From Methylorubrum extorquens (lineage in GTDB: Bacteria; Pseudomonadota; Alphaproteobacteria; Rhizobiales; Beijerinckiaceae), in contig LT962688.1 in NCBI GenBank assembly GCA_900234795.1, positions 990,001-1,022,000 on the forward strand: 32,000 nt of DNA. Direction: 5' to 3'. Of the stretch, positions 23,054 through 30,204 are shown piece after piece (within the stretch, counting starts at the first letter, position 1; each line of letters begins with the position of its first letter). The position numbers and the translations under genes are program-made. A model generated the notes under the pieces. The model was not told where the DNA came from and searched no databases. It saw nothing but the letters and a program-made list of their open reading frames with translations.

Positions 23054-24270
23054 TCGCTGGCGTCCTCGCAGGTTCGGCGGAAGGGCGACATCGCCGCGTA
23101 TTCGGCGATCGCCGCGTTCACGTGGCTGCGCTCCCGCTTCAGATAGTCGGCGACGGCGCGGGCCAGCGCCGGGTCGGCGATGTCGTGGGCCGAATGCATC
23201 GGCACCGGCCGGTAGCCGCGGGCGAGCTTGTGCTCGCCCTGCGCACCGGCCTCGACCCGCTTCAGCCCGCGGGCAATCGCGAAGTCGATGGCCTGATAGT
23301 AGCAGACCTCGAAATGCAGGAAGGGGTGATCCTCGATGCAGCCCCAGTTGCGGCCGTAGAGCGCCGTGTCGCCGATGAAGTTGATGGCGCCGGCGATCGG
23401 CCGGCCCGCGTTCTTGGCGATCACCAGCAGGATGCGCTCGGGCATGCGCGCGCCGATCAGCGAGAAGAAGGTGCGGTTGAGGTAGGGCCGGCCCCATTTG
23501 CGGGCGCTGGTGTCCTGATAGAACTCGTAGAAGGCGTCCCAATCGGCTTCCGTGATGTCGGCGCCGGTCTTGTGCTCGACCGTAATGCCTTGGCTCAGAG
23601 CCTCCCGCCGCTCGCGCTTGATCGCCTTGCGCTTGCGCGAGGCGAGCGCCCCGAGAAAATCGTCGAAGCCGGCATAGCCCTCGTTCTCCCAGTGGAACTG
23701 CTGGTCGATGCGGGGCAGCATCCCGAGGGCTTGCGCCTGCTCGGCCTCACGCGCGCGGGCGAAGGTGACATGGATCGAGGAGGCCTCGGTCTCGGCCCGC
23801 AGGGCACGCAGCCCCGCGACGAGGGCGGCGGCGGCGGTGTCGGGATCCTCCCCCGGCGCGATGAGGAAGCGCGGCCCCGTGACGGGCGTGAACGGCACGC
23901 TCACCTGGAGCTTGGGATAATAGCTGCCGCCGGCCCGCTCGTAGGCGTCGGCCCAGCCGTGGTCGAACACGTATTCGCCCTGGCTGTGGGACTTCAGATA
24001 GCAGGGAGCGGCGCCGACCAGCCGGCCCTCGCGCTCGACGCGGACATGCAGCGGCAGCCAGCCGGTGCGGCGGGAGACGCAGCCCGCCTCCTCCAACGCC
24101 GAGAGGAAGGCGTGGCAGGTGAACGGGTTGAAGGTCTCGTCGCCCGCCCCGAGGGTCTCGGGGGAGGTGGCGCAGGCGTCCCATTCGGCGGCGTCGAACC
24201 GGGCCATGCCCGGCACGGCGCGCACCTGCAGGACGGGCTCGGGAGCGTTCGCCGTCGCGGGGGTGGTCAT
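23050..24270 (-). CDS. FemAB-like / DUF482 (COG3146-type) GNAT-fold protein of unknown substrate
   Basis: 'NPFTCHAFLSALEEAGCV', 'YLKSHSQGEYVFDHGWADAYERAGGSYYPKLQVSVPFTPVTGPRFL' matches the conserved family as I remember it. No database check was possible. Confidence 0.75.
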   Translation of the reverse strand: MTTPATANAPEPVLQVRAVPGMARFDAAEWDACATSPETLGAGDETFNPFTCHAFLSALEEAGCVSRRTGWLPLHVRVEREGRLVGAAPCYLKSHSQGEYVFDHGWADAYERAGGSYYPKLQVSVPFTPVTGPRFLIAPGEDPDTAAAALVAGLRALRAETEASSIHVTFARAREAEQAQALGMLPRIDQQFHWENEGYAGFDDFLGALASRKRKAIKRERREALSQGITVEHKTGADITEADWDAFYEFYQDTSARKWGRPYLNRTFFSLIGARMPERILLVIAKNAGRPIAGAINFIGDTALYGRNWGCIEDHPFLHFEVCYYQAIDFAIARGLKRVEAGAQGEHKLARGYRPVPMHSAHDIADPALARAVADYLKRERSHVNAAIAEYAAMSPFRRTCEDASE

Positions 24271-24438
24271 GGCCCCAAGTTAGAGCGCCTGGGCCCGGAT
24301 GTGGATACCGGTTCGGCGAATGCGTGGCGCGACAAAACGGGAGCCTGTTACCTCATCTCATCCAACCCTCCGTCATCGCTGTGACTTGGGCAATCGCTGC
24401 GCTTGATCCCGCCCTGGCTCGGAGCCCATATCGCGCCC

Positions 24439-25170
24439 ATGTGCGGACGCTTCTTCATCGGCCAGCCGCCGGAGGTCTACCGCGCCTTCTACGGCTATTC
24501 CGAGCAGCCGAATTTCCCCGGCCGCTTCAACGTGGCGCCGACCCAGCCGGTGCCCGTCGTGATCAGCGAGAGCGGCGAGCGGCATTTCCGGCTGATGCGC
24601 TGGGCCCTCTGGCCGACCTGGCTCAAGGATCCGTCGGACTTTCCGACCCTGTTCAACGCCCGCATCGAGACGGCGGCCGAGAAGCCGGCCTTCCGCGGGG
24701 CGCTGCGCCACCGCCGCTGCGTGTTCCTGGCCGACGGCTTCTACGAATGGCGCCGCGAGGGGACCGGCAAGGCCGCGACGAAGATGCCGTTCGCGGTCCG
24801 CCGCACCGACGGGGCGCCGATGGCGTTCGCCGGCCTGTGGGAGCCGTGGATGGGCGCGGACGGATCGGAAGTCGATACGGCGGCGATCATCACCTGCTCG
24901 GCCAACGGCACCCTGAGCGCGATCCACGAGCGGATGCCGGCGATCCTGGCTCCGGAATCTATCGGCGCGTGGCTCGATGCGGCGGTGGACGCGCCCGAGG
25001 CGGCCCGTCTCTGCCGGCCCTGCCCGGACGAATGGCTGCGGCTCGATCCGGTGAGCGAGCGGGTCAACAACGCGCGCAACGACGATGCCGGGCTGCCCGA
25101 ACCGGTGGCGCCACCCGCGAGCCGCAGGGCTCCGGCGAAGGCCGCGATCGTGCAGGGCGAGCTGTTCTGA
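24439..25170 (+). CDS. SOS-response-associated peptidase (SRAP/YedK-like) abasic-site DNA-protein crosslink protein
   Basis: It starts 'MCGRF', with the catalytic Cys2. 'FNVAPTQ', 'RWALWPTW', 'NARIETAAEKPAFR', 'ADGFYEW', 'FAGLWEPW' and 'IHERMPAIL' are SRAP signatures. Confidence 0.9.
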   Translation: MCGRFFIGQPPEVYRAFYGYSEQPNFPGRFNVAPTQPVPVVISESGERHFRLMRWALWPTWLKDPSDFPTLFNARIETAAEKPAFRGALRHRRCVFLADGFYEWRREGTGKAATKMPFAVRRTDGAPMAFAGLWEPWMGADGSEVDTAAIITCSANGTLSAIHERMPAILAPESIGAWLDAAVDAPEAARLCRPCPDEWLRLDPVSERVNNARNDDAGLPEPVAPPASRRAPAKAAIVQGELF

Positions 25171-25182
25171 CGCGCTCTCCGC

Positions 25183-26178
25183 TCAGGCGGCCGCGCCGCT
25201 TTCCCCGCCCACCTCTTCCCCGAACCGTTCGGCGGCGTAGTCGTCGAGGTTGAACGTGTCGTCGGGCACGCGGAACATGAACCGCTCGGCGATCTCGGTG
25301 AGCAGGATGTCGGGCCGGACCCGCTCGACGTAGGACCAATCGACCGACGTGCTCCAGACGAAGTGCACCTCGGCGAAGGTCTCGGCGAGCATGATCGTCA
25401 GCATCAGCGGCGCGAAGTGCGAGTAGGAATCACCGAACAGGACGAGGTGGCGCGGGTCGCGGGCGGCGGCGTTGGCGTAGATCACGTGCGAGCCGACATG
25501 GAGCGTATCGGCGCGGCCGGCTGCCTCCCGCGCCTCGACGATCGGGCTGGCGTAGCGGCGCACGGCATCGCGCTGCAGGTCGTGGATGCGCGTCCGTTCG
25601 GTGCGCGGGGGATCGAACCGGCCCCCGAGATCGCCGGAAATCTCGGTCTCGCGGAATCCGCGTTCGGCGAGGTCCGGGCAGGGCGTGGCCCCCAGCGCGC
25701 GGCAGATCTCGCGATAGGCGAGGTGGCAGCCGGCGAAGGTCCAGTGACTGTCGGTGCGGTAGAACAGGTCTTCACCCGCGCGGGCCGCCCGCATCGGCGC
25801 GACGAGGTCGATGCAGGTCCGCCGCAGGACGCGTGTGACCGGCCATTCCCGGAGATGCCCCCTCAACCGGGAGAACCACCGCCGCCGGGGCAGGCCGCGG
25901 ATCAGGCGGCGGGCGGGGGAGAGGCGGTGATCGACCGCGATCCCGTCGAGGAAGCCGTCGTAGACGCTGAGCTTTTCCGGGACGACGACGTGGTGGTAGG
26001 CGATGCCGAGTCCGCGCGCCCGCGCCGCACGGCCGGCGATGCGTTGGCGCCACAGCTCGGTCTGGTGGGCCATGAAGCCCGACTCGTTGAACTGCGCGAT
26101 GACGTTGTTGCTGCCGGCGACGACGAACAGCCAGCCGTCCTTGCCGACATGAATGTGATCGGTGGCCGTGTCCGACAC
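25183..26178 (-). CDS. AlgJ/AlgX-like ('DHHW'-type) SGNH-fold O-acyltransferase/esterase, without a signal peptide
   Basis: The motif order 'GKDGWLF' ... 'VVPEKLSVY' ... 'YRTDSHW' ... 'FGDSYS' follows that of alginate O-acetylation proteins. It has a GTG start, no in-frame start further upstream, and no hydrophobic N-terminus. Confidence 0.6.
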   Translation of the reverse strand: MSDTATDHIHVGKDGWLFVVAGSNNVIAQFNESGFMAHQTELWRQRIAGRAARARGLGIAYHHVVVPEKLSVYDGFLDGIAVDHRLSPARRLIRGLPRRRWFSRLRGHLREWPVTRVLRRTCIDLVAPMRAARAGEDLFYRTDSHWTFAGCHLAYREICRALGATPCPDLAERGFRETEISGDLGGRFDPPRTERTRIHDLQRDAVRRYASPIVEAREAAGRADTLHVGSHVIYANAAARDPRHLVLFGDSYSHFAPLMLTIMLAETFAEVHFVWSTSVDWSYVERVRPDILLTEIAERFMFRVPDDTFNLDDYAAERFGEEVGGESGAAA

Positions 26179-26315
26179 GAAGTCCCGCCCTTCCTCAACC
26201 GTCTTCGCCGATGCCGAACGCGCGGGCGGGCCGTGGCTCTACAGGCGCCGGCCGCTCCGAGGCAAATGCGGCCGGGAGCGCAAGACATGGCTCGGACTTC
26301 GCCCGTAGCGATATG

Positions 26316-26366
26316 CTAGAGCATCAACCCGAAAGCTGGCCTCCGGCTTTCGGAAAAGGACGATGC
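26316..26366 (+). repeat. REP-like palindromic element, family 2, copy 1
   Basis: The sequence is CTAGAGCATCAACCCGAAAGCTGGCCTCCGGCTTTCGGAAAAGGACGATGC. The inner stem is CCGAAAGC/GCTTTCGG and the outer stem GCATC/GATGC. It matches copy 2 at 33 of the first 38 positions. Confidence 0.75.
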
Positions 26367-26378
26367 AAAGACAAGGGT

Positions 26379-26430
26379 CTAGGGCATCGTCCCGAAAGGT
26401 GGCCTCCGGCTTCCGGGACGATGACGATGC
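26379..26430 (+). repeat. REP-like palindromic element, family 2, copy 2 (tandem, 63 nt after copy 1)
   Basis: The sequence is CTAGGGCATCGTCCCGAAAGGTGGCCTCCGGCTTCCGGGACGATGACGATGC, with a long stem CATCGTCCCGAAAG/CTTCCGGGACGATG. Confidence 0.75.
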
Positions 26431-26493
26431 CCGAGCGGTGTTGTGGAATCCTTGAATGGACGGGCTTCACGGCGGGACCCGCGAGGAGCAGGC

Positions 26494-27738
26494 TTGAACG
26501 ACACGCAAGCGGATGAGGCTGCAGCGCATGCCCGGCTGATCGAGGACAACCTCGTCCTCACCTGCGAGGCCGGGCGCCTGTACCGCGACGGCGGGTTCGC
26601 GGGCGATGCTGCCCTGCTCGAACGGCTGAGGGAGCGGGTGAGCCCGCTCACCGAGGTGGTCGGCACCGTGTTTCGCGGCTTTCCCGCGCACGACCCCGAG
26701 CCCCCGCGCCTGTTCGGCGGTTCTGCCACCTTCCGCGAGAAGCAGGGGGCCGCGCTCGCGGCGCCGCGCCCGCCGGGGCCGCCGACGCTGCTGTGCGAGA
26801 CCCGCGACGTCCGGCTTGCGGGCAACGCCCTGTTCCATGTCGCGGACGGCCGGCCGCAGGTGCTGTTCGAGACCTACCGGCCCCAGGAGCGGCACGTGGT
26901 GCCCGGCCCCGGCCCCGGCTTCCTGCACGTGGACGAGGCCATCGCCGAGGCGGGTCTGGTCTTCCTCCTCAATTCGGCGGGCTCGTTCAATTACGGCCAT
27001 TGGCTGATCGACGACCTGCCCCGGCTGCACGCGCTCGCGCTGCTGCGCAAACGTCATCCGCGAGTGCCGATCACCGTCGCGCTGGTGTCCTACTTCCCGC
27101 ATATCGACGCAGCGCGGCGCCGCTCGATCCAGCTCCTGCTGCGCGATCGGGTCTCGATCCGCTTCCTCGACCGGGACAAGACCTACCGCTTCGCGCGCCT
27201 GCACCACGCCACGCCGTGCAGCCTGCCGAGCACGGGCAAGTCGCCGCACGCGCTGCGCTATCTCACCGGGCAGATGCGGGCGCGGACGCGCCTGCCGCGC
27301 GCGCTGTTCGCGTTACGGACGCTCACCGGGCGAGGCCGACGCCTGTTCGTGGACCGGCATCCGGGGCGGGGCCGGGGGCTCGCCAACCGCGACGCCGTGC
27401 TCGGCCTGCTGCGCGGCCTCGGCTTCGAGGCGTTCGATCCCGAACTCACTAGCGTGCGGCAGCAGGTGGTGCGGTTCTCGGCCGCCGAGATCGTGGTCGG
27501 CATCGCTGGGGCGGGGATGACCAACACGGTCTTCTGCCGGCCCGGCACGCCGGTCATTCATCTCGTGCCGGAGGGCTGGGAGGACCGGTTCTACGGCGAA
27601 ATCGCCACCGCCTGCGGCCAGGACTATGCGGCGGTGTTCGGCCCCCGAATTGCGTCGGACGCGCCCGAATATCTTCGGGATTTCGCAATCGACCCCGAGC
27701 CCCTGCAAGAAGCCCTCGCGGCTGCTGGTCTGCGCTGA
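26494..27738 (+). CDS. Glycosyltransferase family 61 (DUF563) protein, soluble
   Basis: It carries the 'SFNYGHWLIDDLPRL' signature and a C-terminal 'IVVGIAGAGMTNTVFCRPGTPVIHL' nucleotide-sugar-binding-like segment. TTG 26494 has GAGGAG 5 nt upstream. The track ORF starts at GTG 26443. Confidence 0.7.
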   Translation: MNDTQADEAAAHARLIEDNLVLTCEAGRLYRDGGFAGDAALLERLRERVSPLTEVVGTVFRGFPAHDPEPPRLFGGSATFREKQGAALAAPRPPGPPTLLCETRDVRLAGNALFHVADGRPQVLFETYRPQERHVVPGPGPGFLHVDEAIAEAGLVFLLNSAGSFNYGHWLIDDLPRLHALALLRKRHPRVPITVALVSYFPHIDAARRRSIQLLLRDRVSIRFLDRDKTYRFARLHHATPCSLPSTGKSPHALRYLTGQMRARTRLPRALFALRTLTGRGRRLFVDRHPGRGRGLANRDAVLGLLRGLGFEAFDPELTSVRQQVVRFSAAEIVVGIAGAGMTNTVFCRPGTPVIHLVPEGWEDRFYGEIATACGQDYAAVFGPRIASDAPEYLRDFAIDPEPLQEALAAAGLR

Positions 27739-27740
27739 GA

Positions 27741-27804
27741 TCCTGGGATCCCAAAGGGGTCACCCCTTTGGCGGGGTCTCGGGGCAGCGCCCCGATCTCC
27801 CTCC
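27741..27804 (+). repeat. REP-like two-hairpin element, family 1, copy A
   Basis: It contains CCAAAGGGG-tca-CCCCTTTGG (9-bp perfect stem) and CGGGGC-a-GCGCCCCG. It fills the convergent GT61/methyltransferase intergenic space and is homologous to 14362-14425 on the opposite strand. Confidence 0.75.
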
Positions 27805-27812
27805 ACTAGGTT

Positions 27813-29108
27813 TCATCGCGGGCGACGCAGCGTTCGGCCGGTGACCTTCGCCTGCTTGCGGAACACGCCGACCAGCTCGACATGGGCCGACCATGCGAAC
27901 TGATCGACGGGCGTGACCCGCTCCAGCCGGTAGCCGCCGGCGATCAGGGTCGCGGCGTCGCGGGCGAAGGTGCCGGGATCGCAGGCGACGCCGACGACGA
28001 GGGGCACCTTCGATTCCGCGATCCGGCGCACCTGCGCCTCGGCCCCGGCGCGGGGCGGGTCGAACACCACCGCATCGAGCGGGTCGAGTTCCGGCCCGAG
28101 CAGCGGGCGGCGGAACAGGTCGCGCGCCTCCGCCGTGATCCGGGCGTAGCCGGCTCCGGCCCGGTAGGCGCGGGTCAGCGCGGTGATCGCCGCGGCCTCG
28201 CCGTCGGCGGCGTGGACCTCGCGGGCTCCCGCAGCGAGCGTCAGGGCGAAGGGACCGCTGCCGCAGAACAGGTCGCCGACGCGCCGTACCTTGGCCTTGC
28301 CCTCGTCCATGGCCTCCAGCACCAGCGCGGTCAGGGTCGCCTCGCCGGCCTGCGTCGCCTGGAGGAAGCTGCCGGGCGAGGGCACGCGCCGGGCCGGGCC
28401 CTCGCCGACCGCGGGCGGGCGGCGCTCGACCACGACGTCGCCGTGGATCGACAAACGGGCGAGGTCGAGTTCGCCCGCGAGCCGAGTCAGGACGCCGCGA
28501 ACGCCGTCGCTCACCTGCCCGTGGCCGCGGATGTCGATGTCGAGGCCGGTTACGGTGGCGGTGGCGGCGATGTCGAGCGGCTTGCGGCCGTGCCCGAGCG
28601 GGGCGGCGAGCGCCTCCGCGACGGCCGGCGCCCTGTGCAGGCTCGGCACGGTGATCGGGCAATGGTCGATCGGCACCAGCGCGTGGCTGCGCGCGGCCAT
28701 CAGCCCGGCCCGCGCCCGGCCCTCGATCTCGCGCACATGCAGGGTGATCCGCCGCCGGCCCTCTCCCTGCGCGTCGAGGAGCGGCATCAGCGTGGTCTCG
28801 ATGCGCGCCTGCCCCAGCGCCCCGGCGACGATGCCGCGCTTCCACTCCGCGTAAGGGGCGGGGGCGAGGTGCTGCACGGCGCAGCCGCCGCAGGCCGAGA
28901 AATACGGGCAGAACGGCGCGATCCGATCCGGCGACGCCTCCTCCACGGCGATCAGCGTGCCGATGCGGTCGCCGCGCTGCACCCGCACGCGCTCGCCGGG
29001 CAGGGCGCCGGGCACCGCCAGCCCGCCCTCGGTGAGACCGTCGCCGCGGGCACCGAGCCGGGCGATGGTCAGAGTCTCTTCGATCACGTCGGACATGGGA
29101 TCAATCAT
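27813..29108 (-). CDS. TRAM-domain class I SAM-dependent RNA (uracil-5-)-methyltransferase (RumA/RlmD/TrmA family)
   Basis: It has an N-terminal TRAM-like 'LTIARLGARGDGL', a Cys cluster 'CPYFSACGGCAVQH', the SAM motif 'DLFCGSGPF', 'VVFDPPRAG', and a catalytic region 'VACDPGTFARD'. Start options are TTG 29117, ATG 29108 (TGATG overlap with the tlyA stop) and ATG 29096. Confidence 0.85.
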   Translation of the reverse strand: MIDPMSDVIEETLTIARLGARGDGLTEGGLAVPGALPGERVRVQRGDRIGTLIAVEEASPDRIAPFCPYFSACGGCAVQHLAPAPYAEWKRGIVAGALGQARIETTLMPLLDAQGEGRRRITLHVREIEGRARAGLMAARSHALVPIDHCPITVPSLHRAPAVAEALAAPLGHGRKPLDIAATATVTGLDIDIRGHGQVSDGVRGVLTRLAGELDLARLSIHGDVVVERRPPAVGEGPARRVPSPGSFLQATQAGEATLTALVLEAMDEGKAKVRRVGDLFCGSGPFALTLAAGAREVHAADGEAAAITALTRAYRAGAGYARITAEARDLFRRPLLGPELDPLDAVVFDPPRAGAEAQVRRIAESKVPLVVGVACDPGTFARDAATLIAGGYRLERVTPVDQFAWSAHVELVGVFRKQAKVTGRTLRRPR

Positions 29109-29127
29109 CAGAGGCAATCATCAGAGG
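29102..29127. repeat. Perfect 13-bp tandem duplication (CAATCATCAGAGG x2) spanning the tlyA stop and the methyltransferase start region
   Basis: Read directly from the sequence: 29102-29114 equals 29115-29127. On the coding (minus) strand this reads CCTCTGATGATTG twice. Confidence 0.95.
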
Positions 29128-29860
29128 AACGCCTCGCGGCGACCAGGAACTCGCGGTTGCCGTCGCCGCCCTCGATGGGGGAAGGGATCGGCCCCGACAC
29201 AGTGAATCCGAGGCCGACGAGCACGGCGCGCACGCCCTCGCAGACCTCGGCATGAACCTCGGCGTCGCGCACGATGCCGCCGCGCCCGACCCGCTCGCGC
29301 CCGGCCTCGAATTGCGGCTTGATCAGCGCGGCGATGGCGGCCTCGTCGGCGAGCTGCGCCGCCACAGCCGGCAGGACCAGCCGCAGGCCGATGAAGCTCA
29401 CATCGATGGTGGCCAGCTGCGGCGCGGGTTGAATCGCCCCCGGGGAGAGGGCGCGGATATCGGTGCCCTCCAGGCTGGTCACCCGTGGGTCGGCGCGCAG
29501 GGCGGCGTCGAGCTGGTCGCGGCCGACATCGACCGCGTGGATATGGGCGGCGCCGCGCCGCAACAGCACGTCGGTGAAGCCGCCGGTCGAGGCGCCGACA
29601 TCGAGGCAAGGCAGGCCCGTGGGGTCGAGGCCGAAGGCATCGAGCGCCGCGGCGAGCTTGAGGCCGCCGCGGGAGACGTAGGGGTTGGGGGCCGAGGCCT
29701 CGATCCGGGCGCCGGGCTCGACCAGATCCGAGGGGCGCGTGACGAGGCGGCCGTCGGCGCTGACGAGGCCGGCCTCGATCGCCGCCCGCGCCTGCGCCCG
29801 GCTGCGGAAATGCCCGCGCTCGACCAGGAACCGGTCGGCCCGGAGCCGCTCGCCCGTCAT
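29108..29860 (-). CDS. tlyA: TlyA-family rRNA 2'-O-methyltransferase (hemolysin A-like)
   Basis: The S4-like N-terminus reads 'RADRFLVERGHFRSRAQARAAIEAGLV'. 'YVSRGGLKL' and the SAM motif 'DVGASTGGFTDVLL' are present. ATG 29860 has GGGAG upstream. The ORF extension to 30139 runs through REP elements and is rejected. Confidence 0.9.
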   Translation of the reverse strand: MTGERLRADRFLVERGHFRSRAQARAAIEAGLVSADGRLVTRPSDLVEPGARIEASAPNPYVSRGGLKLAAALDAFGLDPTGLPCLDVGASTGGFTDVLLRRGAAHIHAVDVGRDQLDAALRADPRVTSLEGTDIRALSPGAIQPAPQLATIDVSFIGLRLVLPAVAAQLADEAAIAALIKPQFEAGRERVGRGGIVRDAEVHAEVCEGVRAVLVGLGFTVSGPIPSPIEGGDGNREFLVAARRSSDDCL

Positions 29861-29948
29861 CGGTCTCCCTTCCGAAAATCGCTCCGCCGCGCCCGAGAAC
29901 CTCGTCCCGCGTATCCGATCCGGGACGTGGATCTCGGATTTTGATGTC

Positions 29949-29996
29949 GCATCGTACTTTTCCAAAAGCCGGTGGCCGCCTTTCGGGACGATGCTC
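29949..29996 (-). repeat. REP-like palindromic element, family 2, copy 3 (reverse orientation)
   Basis: The reverse complement, GAGCATCGTCCCGAAAGGCGGCCACCGGCTTTTGGAAAAGTACGATGC, matches copy 1 at 41 of 48 positions by hand alignment. Confidence 0.75.
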
Positions 29997-30051
29997 ACGT
30001 GATCGAGACGGATCGGCCCGTCCCCTGTCGGAACGCGCCGCTTCGCGTTAC

Positions 30052-30103
30052 CTACAGCATCGCCTGAGACGGCGCGTGCCGGCTCGTCCGAAAAGGGCGA
30101 TGC
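30052..30103 (+). repeat. REP-like palindromic element, family 2, copy 4 (diverged)
   Basis: CTACAGCATCGCC...CCGGCTCGTCCGAAAAGGGCGATGC shares both ends and the 3' half with copies 1-3, but the centre has diverged. Confidence 0.5.
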
Positions 30104-30204
30104 GAAATCCGCTTTTGCCGGGTAGCCCGGATTGCGCACCGCCTCAAGCGGTGGCGGAATCCGCGGTGGAACCGCCGGGCCGCAGCAACGGAGTGAGTCA
30201 GTTC

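Noticed and set aside
23054-23542. An N-terminal 163-aa extension of the track ORF 21896..23542 (M20 hydrolase).
   Set aside because: The extension overlaps the 3' end of the upstream FemAB-like gene in another frame and is Arg/Pro-rich nonsense. The conserved M20 N-terminus begins at MNTIDRIR (ATG 23053).
21983-24384. Plus-strand ORFs 21983..23146 and 23122..24384, opposite the M20 and FemAB-like genes.
   Set aside because: These are shadow ORFs with Gly/Arg/Asp/Ala-rich composition. The minus-strand genes have clear family motifs and an ATGA coupling.
24271-24438. A search for an alphaproteobacterial LexA box (GTTC-N7-GTTC / GAAC-N7-GAAC) upstream of the SRAP gene.
   Set aside because: Only a single GTTC (in 'ccggttcggcgaatgcg') is present, with no second half-site at the right spacing. 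There is no support for SOS control from the sequence alone.
25363-26319. A 318-aa plus-strand ORF opposite the AlgJ-like gene. The ORFs 27760..28845(-) and 27882..29255(+) over the methyltransferase gene are similar cases.
   Set aside because: These are shadow ORFs without motifs. The chosen frames carry family signatures.
26316-26430. The tandem 63-nt-spaced repeats were considered as a possible mini CRISPR array.
   Set aside because: There are only two units. The units are imperfect long palindromes of about 50 nt separated by 12 nt, which does not fit a repeat-spacer architecture. No cas genes are present, and further copies occur singly elsewhere (29949-29996, 30052-30103). They are REP/MITE-like instead.
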